A stretch of 64,000 nucleotides of DNA from Anaerolineales bacterium (GTDB lineage Bacteria > Chloroflexota > Anaerolineae > Anaerolineales > RBG-16-64-43): assembly GCA_016932475.1 (NCBI GenBank), contig JAFGCU010000026.1:92111-156110 (forward strand). Direction: 5' to 3'. Positions 56,104 to 64,000 of the stretch are shown here, one piece after another. The position numbers and the translations under genes are program-made. Within the stretch, counting starts at the first letter, position 1, and each line of letters begins with the position of its first letter. The notes beneath the pieces were generated by a model. The model was not told where the DNA came from. It saw nothing but the letters and a program-made list of their open reading frames with translations, and made no database searches.

Positions 56104-57116
56104 AAATACTCATCACCGGCGGCGCCGGGTTCATCGGAACGCACCTGACCAGGCACTTTTCCGGGCGCGGCGACAAGGTGGCGGTGTTCGATAACCTCTC
56201 GCGGCGCGGGAGCGTCCCCAACCTGCTCTGGCTCCAGAAGAACGTGCCGGGGCTGGAGTTCATCCACGGCGACATCCGCGACGCGTCCGCTCTCGAGCGC
56301 GCCGCGCAGGGGCGCGAGGCAATCTTTCATCTCGCCGCCCAGGTGGCGGTGACGACTTCGGTTGCCAACCCGCGCGACGATTTCAAGATCAACGCGCTCG
56401 GCACCTTCAACGTGCTCGAGGCGGCGCGGGCTTCGGGGATGAGCCCGATCGTCATTTACAGCTCGACCAACAAGGTTTACGGCGGGATGGAAGCGGCCAA
56501 GGTGGTCGAGGAACCGGCGCGTTATTCGCTCGCGGAGCTGCCGCTCGGGGTGGCCGAGACTTGGCCGCTGGATTTTCATTCCCCCTACGGGTGCTCCAAG
56601 GGGACCGGGGATCAGTACGTCCGGGATTATGCGCGCATCTACGGCCTGCCGACGGTCGTCTTCCGCCAGTCGGCGATTTACGGCGAACGGCAATTCGGAG
56701 TCGAGGACCAGGGCTGGCTGGCGCACTTCGTGATCTGCGCGACGCTCGGCAAGCCGATCAACATTTACGGCGACGGCAAGCAGGTGCGCGACATGCTCTA
56801 CGTCGGGGACCTGGCGCGCGCGTTCGAACGTGCGGTGGATAAGATCGAAACCGTAAAGGGGAAAGTGTTCAACATCGGCGGCGGGCCGAATTTCACGCTG
56901 ACGATCTGGTCCGAGACCGGACCGATGCTCGAGCAGCTCAGCGGGCGCAAAATCCCGGTCCAATACGGAATATGGCGCCCGGGGGACCAGCGGATTTACG
57001 TCAGCGACATCCGCAAGGCGGAACGCGAGCTTGGGTGGAAACCGGAAGTGGCGCCGAAGGAAGGCCTCGCCCGGCTGTGGGCCTGGGCGCAGGAGAACAA
57101 GGAACAGTTGGTGTGA
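56100..57116 (+). CDS. NAD-dependent epimerase/dehydratase (CDP-paratose 2-epimerase-like)
   Basis: GTG 56100 overlaps the rimI stop (GTGA) and is preceded by AGGAGG. Motifs: ITGGAGFIGTHL, FDNLSRRGS..NLLWL, SPYGCSKGTGD. Confidence 0.8.
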   Translation: MKILITGGAGFIGTHLTRHFSGRGDKVAVFDNLSRRGSVPNLLWLQKNVPGLEFIHGDIRDASALERAAQGREAIFHLAAQVAVTTSVANPRDDFKINALGTFNVLEAARASGMSPIVIYSSTNKVYGGMEAAKVVEEPARYSLAELPLGVAETWPLDFHSPYGCSKGTGDQYVRDYARIYGLPTVVFRQSAIYGERQFGVEDQGWLAHFVICATLGKPINIYGDGKQVRDMLYVGDLARAFERAVDKIETVKGKVFNIGGGPNFTLTIWSETGPMLEQLSGRKIPVQYGIWRPGDQRIYVSDIRKAERELGWKPEVAPKEGLARLWAWAQENKEQLV

Positions 57117-57134
57117 GAAATAATTAGTAAATCT

Positions 57135-57204
57135 CACCGCAGAGACGCGGAGAGCGCAGAGAAATTAATAAAAAAATCTCAGCGTTCTCTGCGCCTCTGC
57201 GGTG
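57135..57204. repeat. imperfect long hairpin of the caccgcagag...ctctgcggtg family
   Basis: The arms are ~27 nt with about 4 mismatches, and the loop is A-rich. It is related to the perfect hairpin at 46221. Confidence 0.6.
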
Positions 57205-57231
57205 TGATCTTGATTTTCTCGGAGGATTTGC

Positions 57232-57849
57232 ATGACGGCAATCGAAGAACTGGCGCAGATCGCAAAAGAAGTATCGGGATGCACGTCCTGCAGCCTGCAC
57301 TCCTCGCGCAAGAACGCAGTGCCCGGCGAAGGCCCGGCGGATTCCTCGCTCCTGTTCATCGGGGAAGGCCCCGGGTTCCACGAAAACGAGCAGGGGCGCC
57401 CGTTTGTCGGGGCGGCCGGCAAATTCCTGGAGGAGCTCCTGGCGAGCATCCGTCTGAGCCGGGAACAGGTTTTTATCTGCAACGTCGTAAAATGCCGGCC
57501 GCCCGGGAACCGCGATCCGCAGCCGGACGAGATCGAAGCCTGCCGCGCCTACCTCGACCGGCAAATTGCCGCCATCCAGCCCAAGGTGATCGTCACCCTG
57601 GGGCGGTTTTCGATGGCCCGCTACTTCGGCGCCTCCAAAATCTCGTCCGTCCACGGCCAGGCCAAGACCGTTGACGGCCGGCTGGTGGTGGCGATGTTCC
57701 ATCCGGCCGCGGCGCTGCATCAGCCGGATCTCAAGCAGACGATCAAGGATGATTTCCAAAAACTGCCGGCGCTGATCGAAGAAGTGCGCAAACTGGACTC
57801 CGCCGGCTCCAAGCCCGTGCCGGATGCAACCCAGCTGCCCATGTTCTGA
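57232..57849 (+). CDS. uracil-DNA glycosylase, family 4
   Basis: Motifs: GCTSCSL, LLFIGEGPGFHENEQGRPFVGAAG, FHPAAAL. A GGAGGA RBS is present. Confidence 0.85.
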   Translation: MTAIEELAQIAKEVSGCTSCSLHSSRKNAVPGEGPADSSLLFIGEGPGFHENEQGRPFVGAAGKFLEELLASIRLSREQVFICNVVKCRPPGNRDPQPDEIEACRAYLDRQIAAIQPKVIVTLGRFSMARYFGASKISSVHGQAKTVDGRLVVAMFHPAAALHQPDLKQTIKDDFQKLPALIEEVRKLDSAGSKPVPDATQLPMF

Positions 57850-58006
57850 TCCGCAAGGATATTCATGCTTGCGGAGGCGGGAGATGCAATCGGAGCGTGT
57901 CCCGCGGTATCATGTGCCGCCTGACCCGGCGGACCGGTTAACCCGGACGGGCGGATGACGATCCAACATCAGGCTCAAGGCCGGTAGAAATTCGGAGAAG
58001 AAAACC

Positions 58007-59020
58007 GTGGAATCAAAAAAGGCGCTCATCACAGGGATCACCGGGCAGGACGGCTCCTACCTCGCCGAATTGCTGATCGGGAAGGGGTACGAAGTGCACG
58101 GCCTGATCCGCCGCGCCAGCACCTTCAACACCGACCGGATCGACCATCTATACCAGGATCCGCACGTCAACGGCGTGAAACTCTTCCTGCATTACGGCGA
58201 CCTTTCGGATTCGACCAACTTGTGGAAGCTGCTCCATCACCTGCGGCCGGATGAAATCTACAACCTCGCCGCGCAAAGCCACGTCAAGGTGAGCTTCGAC
58301 ATGCCGGAATACACCGGCGACATCACCGGGGTCGGGACCGTCCGCCTGTTGGACGCGATCCACGAGATGGACCTGCCGTGCCGCTTTTACCAGGCCTCGA
58401 GCAGCGAGATGTACGGGAAGGTGCATGAAATTCCGCAGAAGGAAACGACTCCCTTTCATCCGCGCAGCCCGTATGCCTGCGCCAAGGTATACGCCTACTG
58501 GACGACCGTCAACTACCGCGAAGCCTACGGGATGTTCGCCTGCAACGGGATCCTCTTCAACCACGAGAGCCCGCGGCGCGGGGAGACCTTCGTCACCAAA
58601 AAAATCACCAAGGCGATTGCGTACATCGAAGCCGGCCTGCAACAGAAGCTGTTCCTGGGCAATCTCGATTCCAGCCGGGATTGGGGATACGCTCCGGAAT
58701 ACGTCGAGGCGATGTGGAAGATGCTGCAGCAGGACGAACCGGACGATTTCGTCATCGCCACCGGCGAGACGCATACCGTGCGCGAATTTCTCGACGAGGC
58801 GTTTTCCTACGCGAACCTCGACCCCCAAAAATACGTCGAGACAGACCCTCGCTATTTCCGCCCGAGCGAGGTGGATTACCTGATCGGGGATTCCTCCAAG
58901 GCCGGGGAAAAGATCGGCTGGGCACCCAAAACGACCTTCCGCGAACTGGTGCGGATCATGGTCGACGCCGACCGCGAGACCCTCCGCCGGAAAATGGCCG
59001 GCGGCAAGGACGCGGCCTGA
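58007..59020 (+). CDS. gmd: GDP-mannose 4,6-dehydratase
   Basis: Motifs: [46 protein letters not shown]. The start is GTG with a GGAGAAG RBS. Confidence 0.95.
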   Translation: MESKKALITGITGQDGSYLAELLIGKGYEVHGLIRRASTFNTDRIDHLYQDPHVNGVKLFLHYGDLSDSTNLWKLLHHLRPDEIYNLAAQSHVKVSFDMPEYTGDITGVGTVRLLDAIHEMDLPCRFYQASSSEMYGKVHEIPQKETTPFHPRSPYACAKVYAYWTTVNYREAYGMFACNGILFNHESPRRGETFVTKKITKAIAYIEAGLQQKLFLGNLDSSRDWGYAPEYVEAMWKMLQQDEPDDFVIATGETHTVREFLDEAFSYANLDPQKYVETDPRYFRPSEVDYLIGDSSKAGEKIGWAPKTTFRELVRIMVDADRETLRRKMAGGKDAA

Positions 59021-59030
59021 GTAATCCGCC

Positions 59031-61178
59031 ATGATGCAGGCAATCCCGCTGTTCCTGGCGTTTCTCGCCATACTGTGCTTTCCTTCCGCCAACCTGCAGA
59101 TATTTGACGGGCTCCCCATCAGCCGGCTCCCCGAATTTGCGATGCTGGTGTTGGCGGCGCCCTTTCTGCTTTTCCGGGAGCTGCGAGTCCGGCAGGCGGA
59201 CTTCTGGAAGCGATGGAAAATCCGGCCGGCATGGCTGTGGATATTTCTCGCGGTCATTTTCGTTTTTAAAATCGCGCTCTTCGCGTCGGGGGAGCATTCC
59301 GGTTTCGCGGGTTGTTACCGTTCGGGGGCCGAGCCGACCGCCATCACCCACGAGGAGCTGCCCTACCGGGAGTGCGAACGATCGTACGAGAACCTGTTTG
59401 TCCGTTACTCCGCAACCCGGCTCGACGAAACGATCTGGTTCGGGCCGGATGGCTGGAACCTCGTCTTCCTTAATACCAACCGCTACAACTATTACGAATG
59501 GGAGCCGGGCAACATCCCCCGGCCGCGGATCCCGATCACGGCACGATGGAGCGGTTACCCGGATATTGCTCCGGGAATTCCGATCCGGATCGAATATGCA
59601 GGCGAAGGAACCGTAACCTGGGGCGACGTCAGTGTCGTCCTGCCTCCGGCGTACGCGGAAACGGCGGTTGTGGATATAAATCCGCCACCGGCGAATTCCC
59701 CGCTGGCGATCGAGTATTCCTTCGACGACGGATCGCGCAGCGGCCAGGACGAAGATGCCTGGGGGCCGAGAGCGTCGATTAAAGTGAGCGCGGCCGAGAA
59801 CGGGATCGTAGTCCCGCTTCCGGCGCGCAGCGCCGCACTCTGGCGGATCCTCGCCCTGCTGACGGACGGGATGATCCTTCTGTGGATCGTGGCGTGCCTG
59901 CCTTCGCTCTGGCATTCCATACGGCGGGACCTGGCCGGGTTGATTGCGTTTTCCGCCGGAATTGTTGTATTCAGTTTCCTGCCCGCGGCGCCCGTCGTCC
60001 GGGGGATCGGATTGACGATCGTGCTGGCGGCGATCCTCGCCGCGCATATCCTCGGCCGCCCGTTCCGGGGGATCAGCGTGTATTTCATCGCCGCCGCCGC
60101 CGGGTTCGCCATCCTGCGGGTGTGGTCTTCCGGCGCCGGGACGGTGCTATTGCGCTCGGCCGGCAACGATCCGCTGTCGTACGAATCCCAGGCGTATTCG
60201 ATTCTGGCCACGGCTTCCCTGCGCGGCGGCGAATCCGTCTTCGAATACATTCCCGCTTACCGCTATGTAAAATTCCTCGAACACGCCCTGTTCGGGGATG
60301 GGAACATGCTCTCCGCGGCCGTTTCATTGGCCGCATTCTTCGGAGGTGTGTTCGGCCTGTTCCGCGGGATGGAAGCCCACGGGTTCCCGAAGCTCCGCAG
60401 GTTCCTGCTCGCCGGGCTGGGGTGCGGATTGATCATGCTGGGCGGATATTACGTGGCCGGCATCATCCGCGAGGGATTGTCGGAATACGGCACTTGGATT
60501 CTTCTGCTGTGGGCGCTGCCGGGAATGTATGCCGCCGCCGCACCGGGCGCCATCCTGGCCGGTGCGGTTGCGTTGAGCATTGCTTACACGATCCGGCCCA
60601 ACCAGATAACCGGCATCCTGTGGATCTTTTTGCTCACAGCGCTCGGGTCTTGGAAGAAAATTGGAAAGGCCATCCTTCTGGCCGGGTCCTTGGCGCTGGG
60701 GATTGCACTCCTCCCGCTTGTCCATAACCTGTATTTCGGGGGGCAATGGGTGCCGGCGGCCGTCAGCGGGGGAATGTCGGTTAATCTGGTTCTGCTCCCC
60801 GCCACTTGGATGGCCTTCCTGCAGGGAGATCCCGCCGCCGTCGCGGCGGTGCGGGAGCAGATGGGCATGCTCTTCCTGATAACGGATGCCCCGCGCTCGA
60901 TGTGGCCGACCCTTGGGCTGATGGCGGCCTTTGGCGTGTGCTGGGTTGGCGTGGCGGCGTATTCCATCGCGCGCAAAAAATGGTCTGTGCTCCCCTGGTT
61001 GGCAACCCCGGTTTTATTTCTTGCGATCCATCTGGTTTATGGGGTGAGCACATACTATCCGCGCCATATTGTCATCGGATATCTATGCATGGCGGTCACA
61101 TCGATATTGGTCCTCTCGCCCGGAGGGCCGGCCGTTCCCTCCGCAGAGGCGGGTGCGGTAGAATTGCCACGCACCTAA
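59031..61178 (+). CDS. large membrane protein (715 aa) with ~200-aa extracytoplasmic beta-rich insert, unknown family
   Basis: Three N-terminal TM segments are followed by a soluble stretch (59250-59850) and then about 11 TM segments. The gene sits between gmd and fcl. Confidence 0.55.
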   Translation: MMQAIPLFLAFLAILCFPSANLQIFDGLPISRLPEFAMLVLAAPFLLFRELRVRQADFWKRWKIRPAWLWIFLAVIFVFKIALFASGEHSGFAGCYRSGAEPTAITHEELPYRECERSYENLFVRYSATRLDETIWFGPDGWNLVFLNTNRYNYYEWEPGNIPRPRIPITARWSGYPDIAPGIPIRIEYAGEGTVTWGDVSVVLPPAYAETAVVDINPPPANSPLAIEYSFDDGSRSGQDEDAWGPRASIKVSAAENGIVVPLPARSAALWRILALLTDGMILLWIVACLPSLWHSIRRDLAGLIAFSAGIVVFSFLPAAPVVRGIGLTIVLAAILAAHILGRPFRGISVYFIAAAAGFAILRVWSSGAGTVLLRSAGNDPLSYESQAYSILATASLRGGESVFEYIPAYRYVKFLEHALFGDGNMLSAAVSLAAFFGGVFGLFRGMEAHGFPKLRRFLLAGLGCGLIMLGGYYVAGIIREGLSEYGTWILLLWALPGMYAAAAPGAILAGAVALSIAYTIRPNQITGILWIFLLTALGSWKKIGKAILLAGSLALGIALLPLVHNLYFGGQWVPAAVSGGMSVNLVLLPATWMAFLQGDPAAVAAVREQMGMLFLITDAPRSMWPTLGLMAAFGVCWVGVAAYSIARKKWSVLPWLATPVLFLAIHLVYGVSTYYPRHIVIGYLCMAVTSILVLSPGGPAVPSAEAGAVELPRT

Positions 61179-61197
61179 ACGAACGGGAGATTTCCTC

Positions 61198-62151
61198 ATG
61201 AATTGGAAAAATACGCGCTTTTTGGTCACCGGCGGGGCCGGATTCCTCGGGTCGTTCGTGATGGACCAGCTTAAAGCAAAAGGGGCCGAGGCGGTCACCG
61301 CGCCCACGATCGACGAGATCGACCTGACCGACACACTTTCGGTCCGGCGCCTGATGGCGGACTCCAAACCCGAGGTGATCATCCACCTCGCGGCGCGGGT
61401 GGCCGGGATCGGCGCCAACCAAAAATTCCCCGCGGAGTTTTTCTATGAGAACCTGATGATGGGGACAAACATCCTCCACGAGTCGTACAAGGCGGGGGTG
61501 AAGAAGGTCGTCGCCATCGGGACCGTCTGTTCCTACCCCAAGGAGCCGAAAAGCACCCCGTTCAAGGAAGATGAAATCTGGGATGGCTATCCGGAGGAGA
61601 CGAACGCGGCCTATGGGCTTTCCAAGAAGATGCTGCTGGTGCAGTCGCACGCTTACCGACAGCAATACGGGTTCAACTCCGTGGTGCTCATGCCGGTCAA
61701 CCTCTACGGCCCGCGGGACAACTTCAACCTGGAAACTTCGCATGTGATCCCGGCCTTCATTATTAAATGCCTCGACGCCACGGAGAACGGCAAGCCGGAG
61801 GTCGTCATGTGGGGCGACGGCAGCCCGACCCGCGAGTTCCTGTACATCGAGGACGCCGCCCGCGGAATCCTGATGGCGGTCGAACGCTATGACGAAGATC
61901 TGCCTGTGAATTTGGGTTCCGGGCAGGAGATCCGGATCAAGGATTTGATCGACAAGATGGCAAAGATCCTCGGCTACACCGGGAAAATCACATGGGATAC
62001 GAGCAAGCCGAACGGGCAACCGCGCCGCCTGCTCGACATCTCCCGGGCCAAGGAAAAATTCGGATTCAGCGCGGAAGTCTCCCTCGATGACGGGTTGCGC
62101 CGGACGATCGACTGGTACCTCGCCAAGCGCGGCAAACGGACCGGCGCGTGA
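61198..62151 (+). CDS. fcl: GDP-L-fucose synthase (GDP-4-keto-6-deoxymannose 3,5-epimerase/4-reductase)
   Basis: The core block AYGLSKKMLLVQSHAYRQQYGFNSVVLMPVNLYGPRDNFNLETSHVIPAFI and the block MWGDGSPTREFLYIEDAA are collinear with Fcl. Confidence 0.85.
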   Translation: MNWKNTRFLVTGGAGFLGSFVMDQLKAKGAEAVTAPTIDEIDLTDTLSVRRLMADSKPEVIIHLAARVAGIGANQKFPAEFFYENLMMGTNILHESYKAGVKKVVAIGTVCSYPKEPKSTPFKEDEIWDGYPEETNAAYGLSKKMLLVQSHAYRQQYGFNSVVLMPVNLYGPRDNFNLETSHVIPAFIIKCLDATENGKPEVVMWGDGSPTREFLYIEDAARGILMAVERYDEDLPVNLGSGQEIRIKDLIDKMAKILGYTGKITWDTSKPNGQPRRLLDISRAKEKFGFSAEVSLDDGLRRTIDWYLAKRGKRTGA

Positions 62152-62993
62152 TGGCGGAAGCGCGCGCGCAGCCGCCGGCCGTCACCCGCATCCGCGCCCG
62201 AGCCGGCTGGGAAGCGTTGAACCTGCGCGAGATGTGGGAACGCCGCGAGCTGTTGTGGTTCCTGGCCTGGCGGGATGTCCGGGTGCGGTACAAGCAAACC
62301 ATCCTCGGAGTCGGCTGGGCGATCCTCCAGCCGCTGATGCAGATGGTTGTTTTCTCGATCGTGTTCGGGGAATGGCTGAAGGTCCCGACCGACAACAACA
62401 TCCCCTACCCGGTTTTTTCCTCGACCGCCGTGGTGCCTTGGGCATTGTTTGGCTCGGTGCTTGCTGCCACGGCTACCAGCCTGACCTCCAATGCGGGCAT
62501 CCTGAATAAAGTTTATTTTCCGCGCCTGCTGATCCCGCTGGCCGGCGCCGCCGCGCGGCTGGTGGATTTCGGGGTGGCGTTTGCGATCCTTCTCGCAATG
62601 ATTTTTGTTTTCGGCATCCATTTTACGCCCGCCATCCTCCTGCTCCCTCTATTCCTGCTGCTGCTGCTGGTGACGGCATTGGGGTTCGGATTGTGGCTCG
62701 GGGCAATCAACGTCTACATCCGCGATATCCAGATGCTCGTCCCGTTCCTGATCACGCTTTGGTCATATGCCTCGCCGGTTATTTATTCCGCCCAGTCGAT
62801 CCCGCCCGCCTGGCGAATGGTGTATGCGCTTAACCCGATGGCCGGAGTCCTCAACGGTTTCCGCTGGTGCCTTTTGGGAACCCCCGCGCCGGGCCCGGAG
62901 ATCTGGCCTTCGATCATCGTGGCGATCGCGGTTTTCCTCACCGGGATGATGATGTTCCTGCGGGTCCAGCGCACCATGGTGGATATCCTGTGA
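62148..62993 (+). CDS. wzm: ABC-2 type polysaccharide exporter permease (Wzm/TagG-like)
   Basis: GTGATG overlap with fcl. Six TM segments and the block NKVYFPRLLIPLA. Confidence 0.8.
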   Translation: MMAEARAQPPAVTRIRARAGWEALNLREMWERRELLWFLAWRDVRVRYKQTILGVGWAILQPLMQMVVFSIVFGEWLKVPTDNNIPYPVFSSTAVVPWALFGSVLAATATSLTSNAGILNKVYFPRLLIPLAGAAARLVDFGVAFAILLAMIFVFGIHFTPAILLLPLFLLLLLVTALGFGLWLGAINVYIRDIQMLVPFLITLWSYASPVIYSAQSIPPAWRMVYALNPMAGVLNGFRWCLLGTPAPGPEIWPSIIVAIAVFLTGMMMFLRVQRTMVDIL

Positions 62994-64000
62994 GCGGCGC
63001 GCCGCCGGCCATCTCGATCCGAGGTCTGGGCAAGCGCTACCGGATCGGCTCCTACCTGCCGACGGGCGGCACGCTGCGCGGCTGGTTCGCCGACCGGCTG
63101 AGCGCGAAGGCCCGCGCGGCATCGGCCGAGTCGAACAAGCCGAGGTACATCTGGGCGCTCAGGGATCTCACCCTCGACGTGCCGACCGGTTCGGTGATCG
63201 GGATCATCGGCCGCAACGGGGTCGGGAAGAGCACGCTCCTGAAAATCCTTTCGCGCATAACCGATCCGACCGAGGGAACCGCCGAACTGTACGGCAAGGT
63301 CGCGTCGCTGCTCGAGGTGGGGACGGGGTTTCACGGGGAACTGACCGGGCGGGAAAATATCTACCTCAACGGCGCGATCTCCGGGATGACTCGCGCCGAA
63401 GTGGACCGCCGCTTCGACGAGATCGTCGCCTTCTCCGAGCTCGAACAGTTCCTCGATACGCCGGTCAAACGCTATTCGAGCGGGATGTACGTCCGGTTGG
63501 GGTTCGCCGTCGCGGCCCACCTCGACCCAGACATCCTGCTGGTCGATGAAGTCCTGGCGGTGGGCGATCTTTCCTTCCAGCGCCGGTGTTTAAACAGGAT
63601 GAACGACGTCGCCCAGACCGGGCGCACCGTGATCTTCGTCAGCCACCAGATGACCGCCATCCGCCGGCTGTGCAACCGGACGATCTGGCTGGAAGCAGGG
63701 CGGATCAGGGATTTCGGTCCGACCGGGGAAGTGGTGGCGCGCTACGAAAGCGAATCGCTCGGCGGCGCCGCTCCCGGCGGGAGCGGATCGCGCGAGGGAG
63801 CGGCCTACAAAGCCCGCTATCTTTCCTGGATGCGGGACGGAGCCCCCGCCGGGGAAGCGCATGTCCTCTCGGACCTGGCGCCGGTCGCCTTCCGGCTCGT
63901 TCTGGATGTGCGCGAACGAATCGCCGCCGGATATGGCGGGATCGAGATTTTCGATCCGGAGGGCAAGCTGATCTGGTCCGGCGCCTCGTACGACGGCGGC
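62990..64000 (+). CDS. wzt: polysaccharide ABC exporter ATP-binding protein (Wzt/TagH-like), 3' end outside window
   Basis: It is not in the ORF track because no stop is reached. GTG 62990 overlaps the wzm stop. I translated it by hand: Walker A GRNGVGKST, signature YSSGM, Walker B ILLVDE. A C-terminal extension then begins, as expected for a glycan-binding Wzt domain. Confidence 0.85.
   Translation, partial: MSGAPPAISIRGLGKRYRIGSYLPTGGTLRGWFADRLSAKARAASAESNKPRYIWALRDLTLDVPTGSVIGIIGRNGVGKSTLLKILSRITDPTEGTAELYGKVASLLEVGTGFHGELTGRENIYLNGAISGMTRAEVDRRFDEIVAFSELEQFLDTPVKRYSSGMYVRLGFAVAAHLDPDILLVDEVLAVGDLSFQRRCLNRMNDVAQTGRTVIFVSHQMTAIRRLCNRTIWLEAGRIRDFGPTGEVVARYESESLGGAAPGGSGSREGAAYKARYLSWMRDGAPAGEAHVLSDLAPVAFRLVLDVRERIAAGYGGIEIFDPEGKLIWSGASYDGG

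Overview
High-GC (~65%) bacterial chromosomal window. Nearly all genes are on the + strand, and many are translationally coupled through ATGA/GTGA stop-start overlaps. The gene content suggests a Chloroflexota/Anaerolineae-like organism: many GT-C-type membrane proteins, PT-rich linkers and dense intergenic palindromic repeats. That taxonomic call is inference only.

Layout:
- (1) 0-27 kb: glycan-assembly region. It opens with a GT-GT-GH35-like-unknown operon. A ~21 kb uninterrupted operon (5.8-27 kb) follows, with 8 GT4-type glycosyltransferases, one GT2, a GT-B-like protein, two polytopic GT-C-like membrane proteins, a 4-epimerase, a CapD/PglF-type dehydratase and a TPR protein.
- (2) 27-46 kb: mostly housekeeping. 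It holds tRNA-Leu(GAG), a fused glyQ-glyS, TPR-cdaA-cdaR, der, lepB, a GT39 protein, a CPBP protease, a RumA-type methyltransferase and an inositol monophosphatase.
- (3) 46.3-53.7 kb: two divergently transcribed large GT-C-like membrane proteins, then the most unusual part of the window. This is a frame-scrambled Rhs/YD core remnant interrupted by four copies of a ~60-nt GC-rich palindromic element. It runs into a sharply low-GC (~30-40%) cassette encoding a 222-aa C-terminal toxin-like domain of unrecognised type. A small 2-TM immunity candidate with an A9 tract at its start and ~650 bp of AT-rich non-coding DNA complete the cassette.
- (4) 54-56 kb: tsaE-tsaB-rimI.
- (5) 56-64 kb: a GDP-fucose (gmd, fcl) plus Wzm/Wzt ABC-exporter glycan cluster that runs off the right edge.

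Several families of palindromic/MITE-like repeats occupy almost every operon boundary. No transposase, integrase, CRISPR array or rRNA was seen. All functional calls come from motif recognition by eye; no database search was possible.
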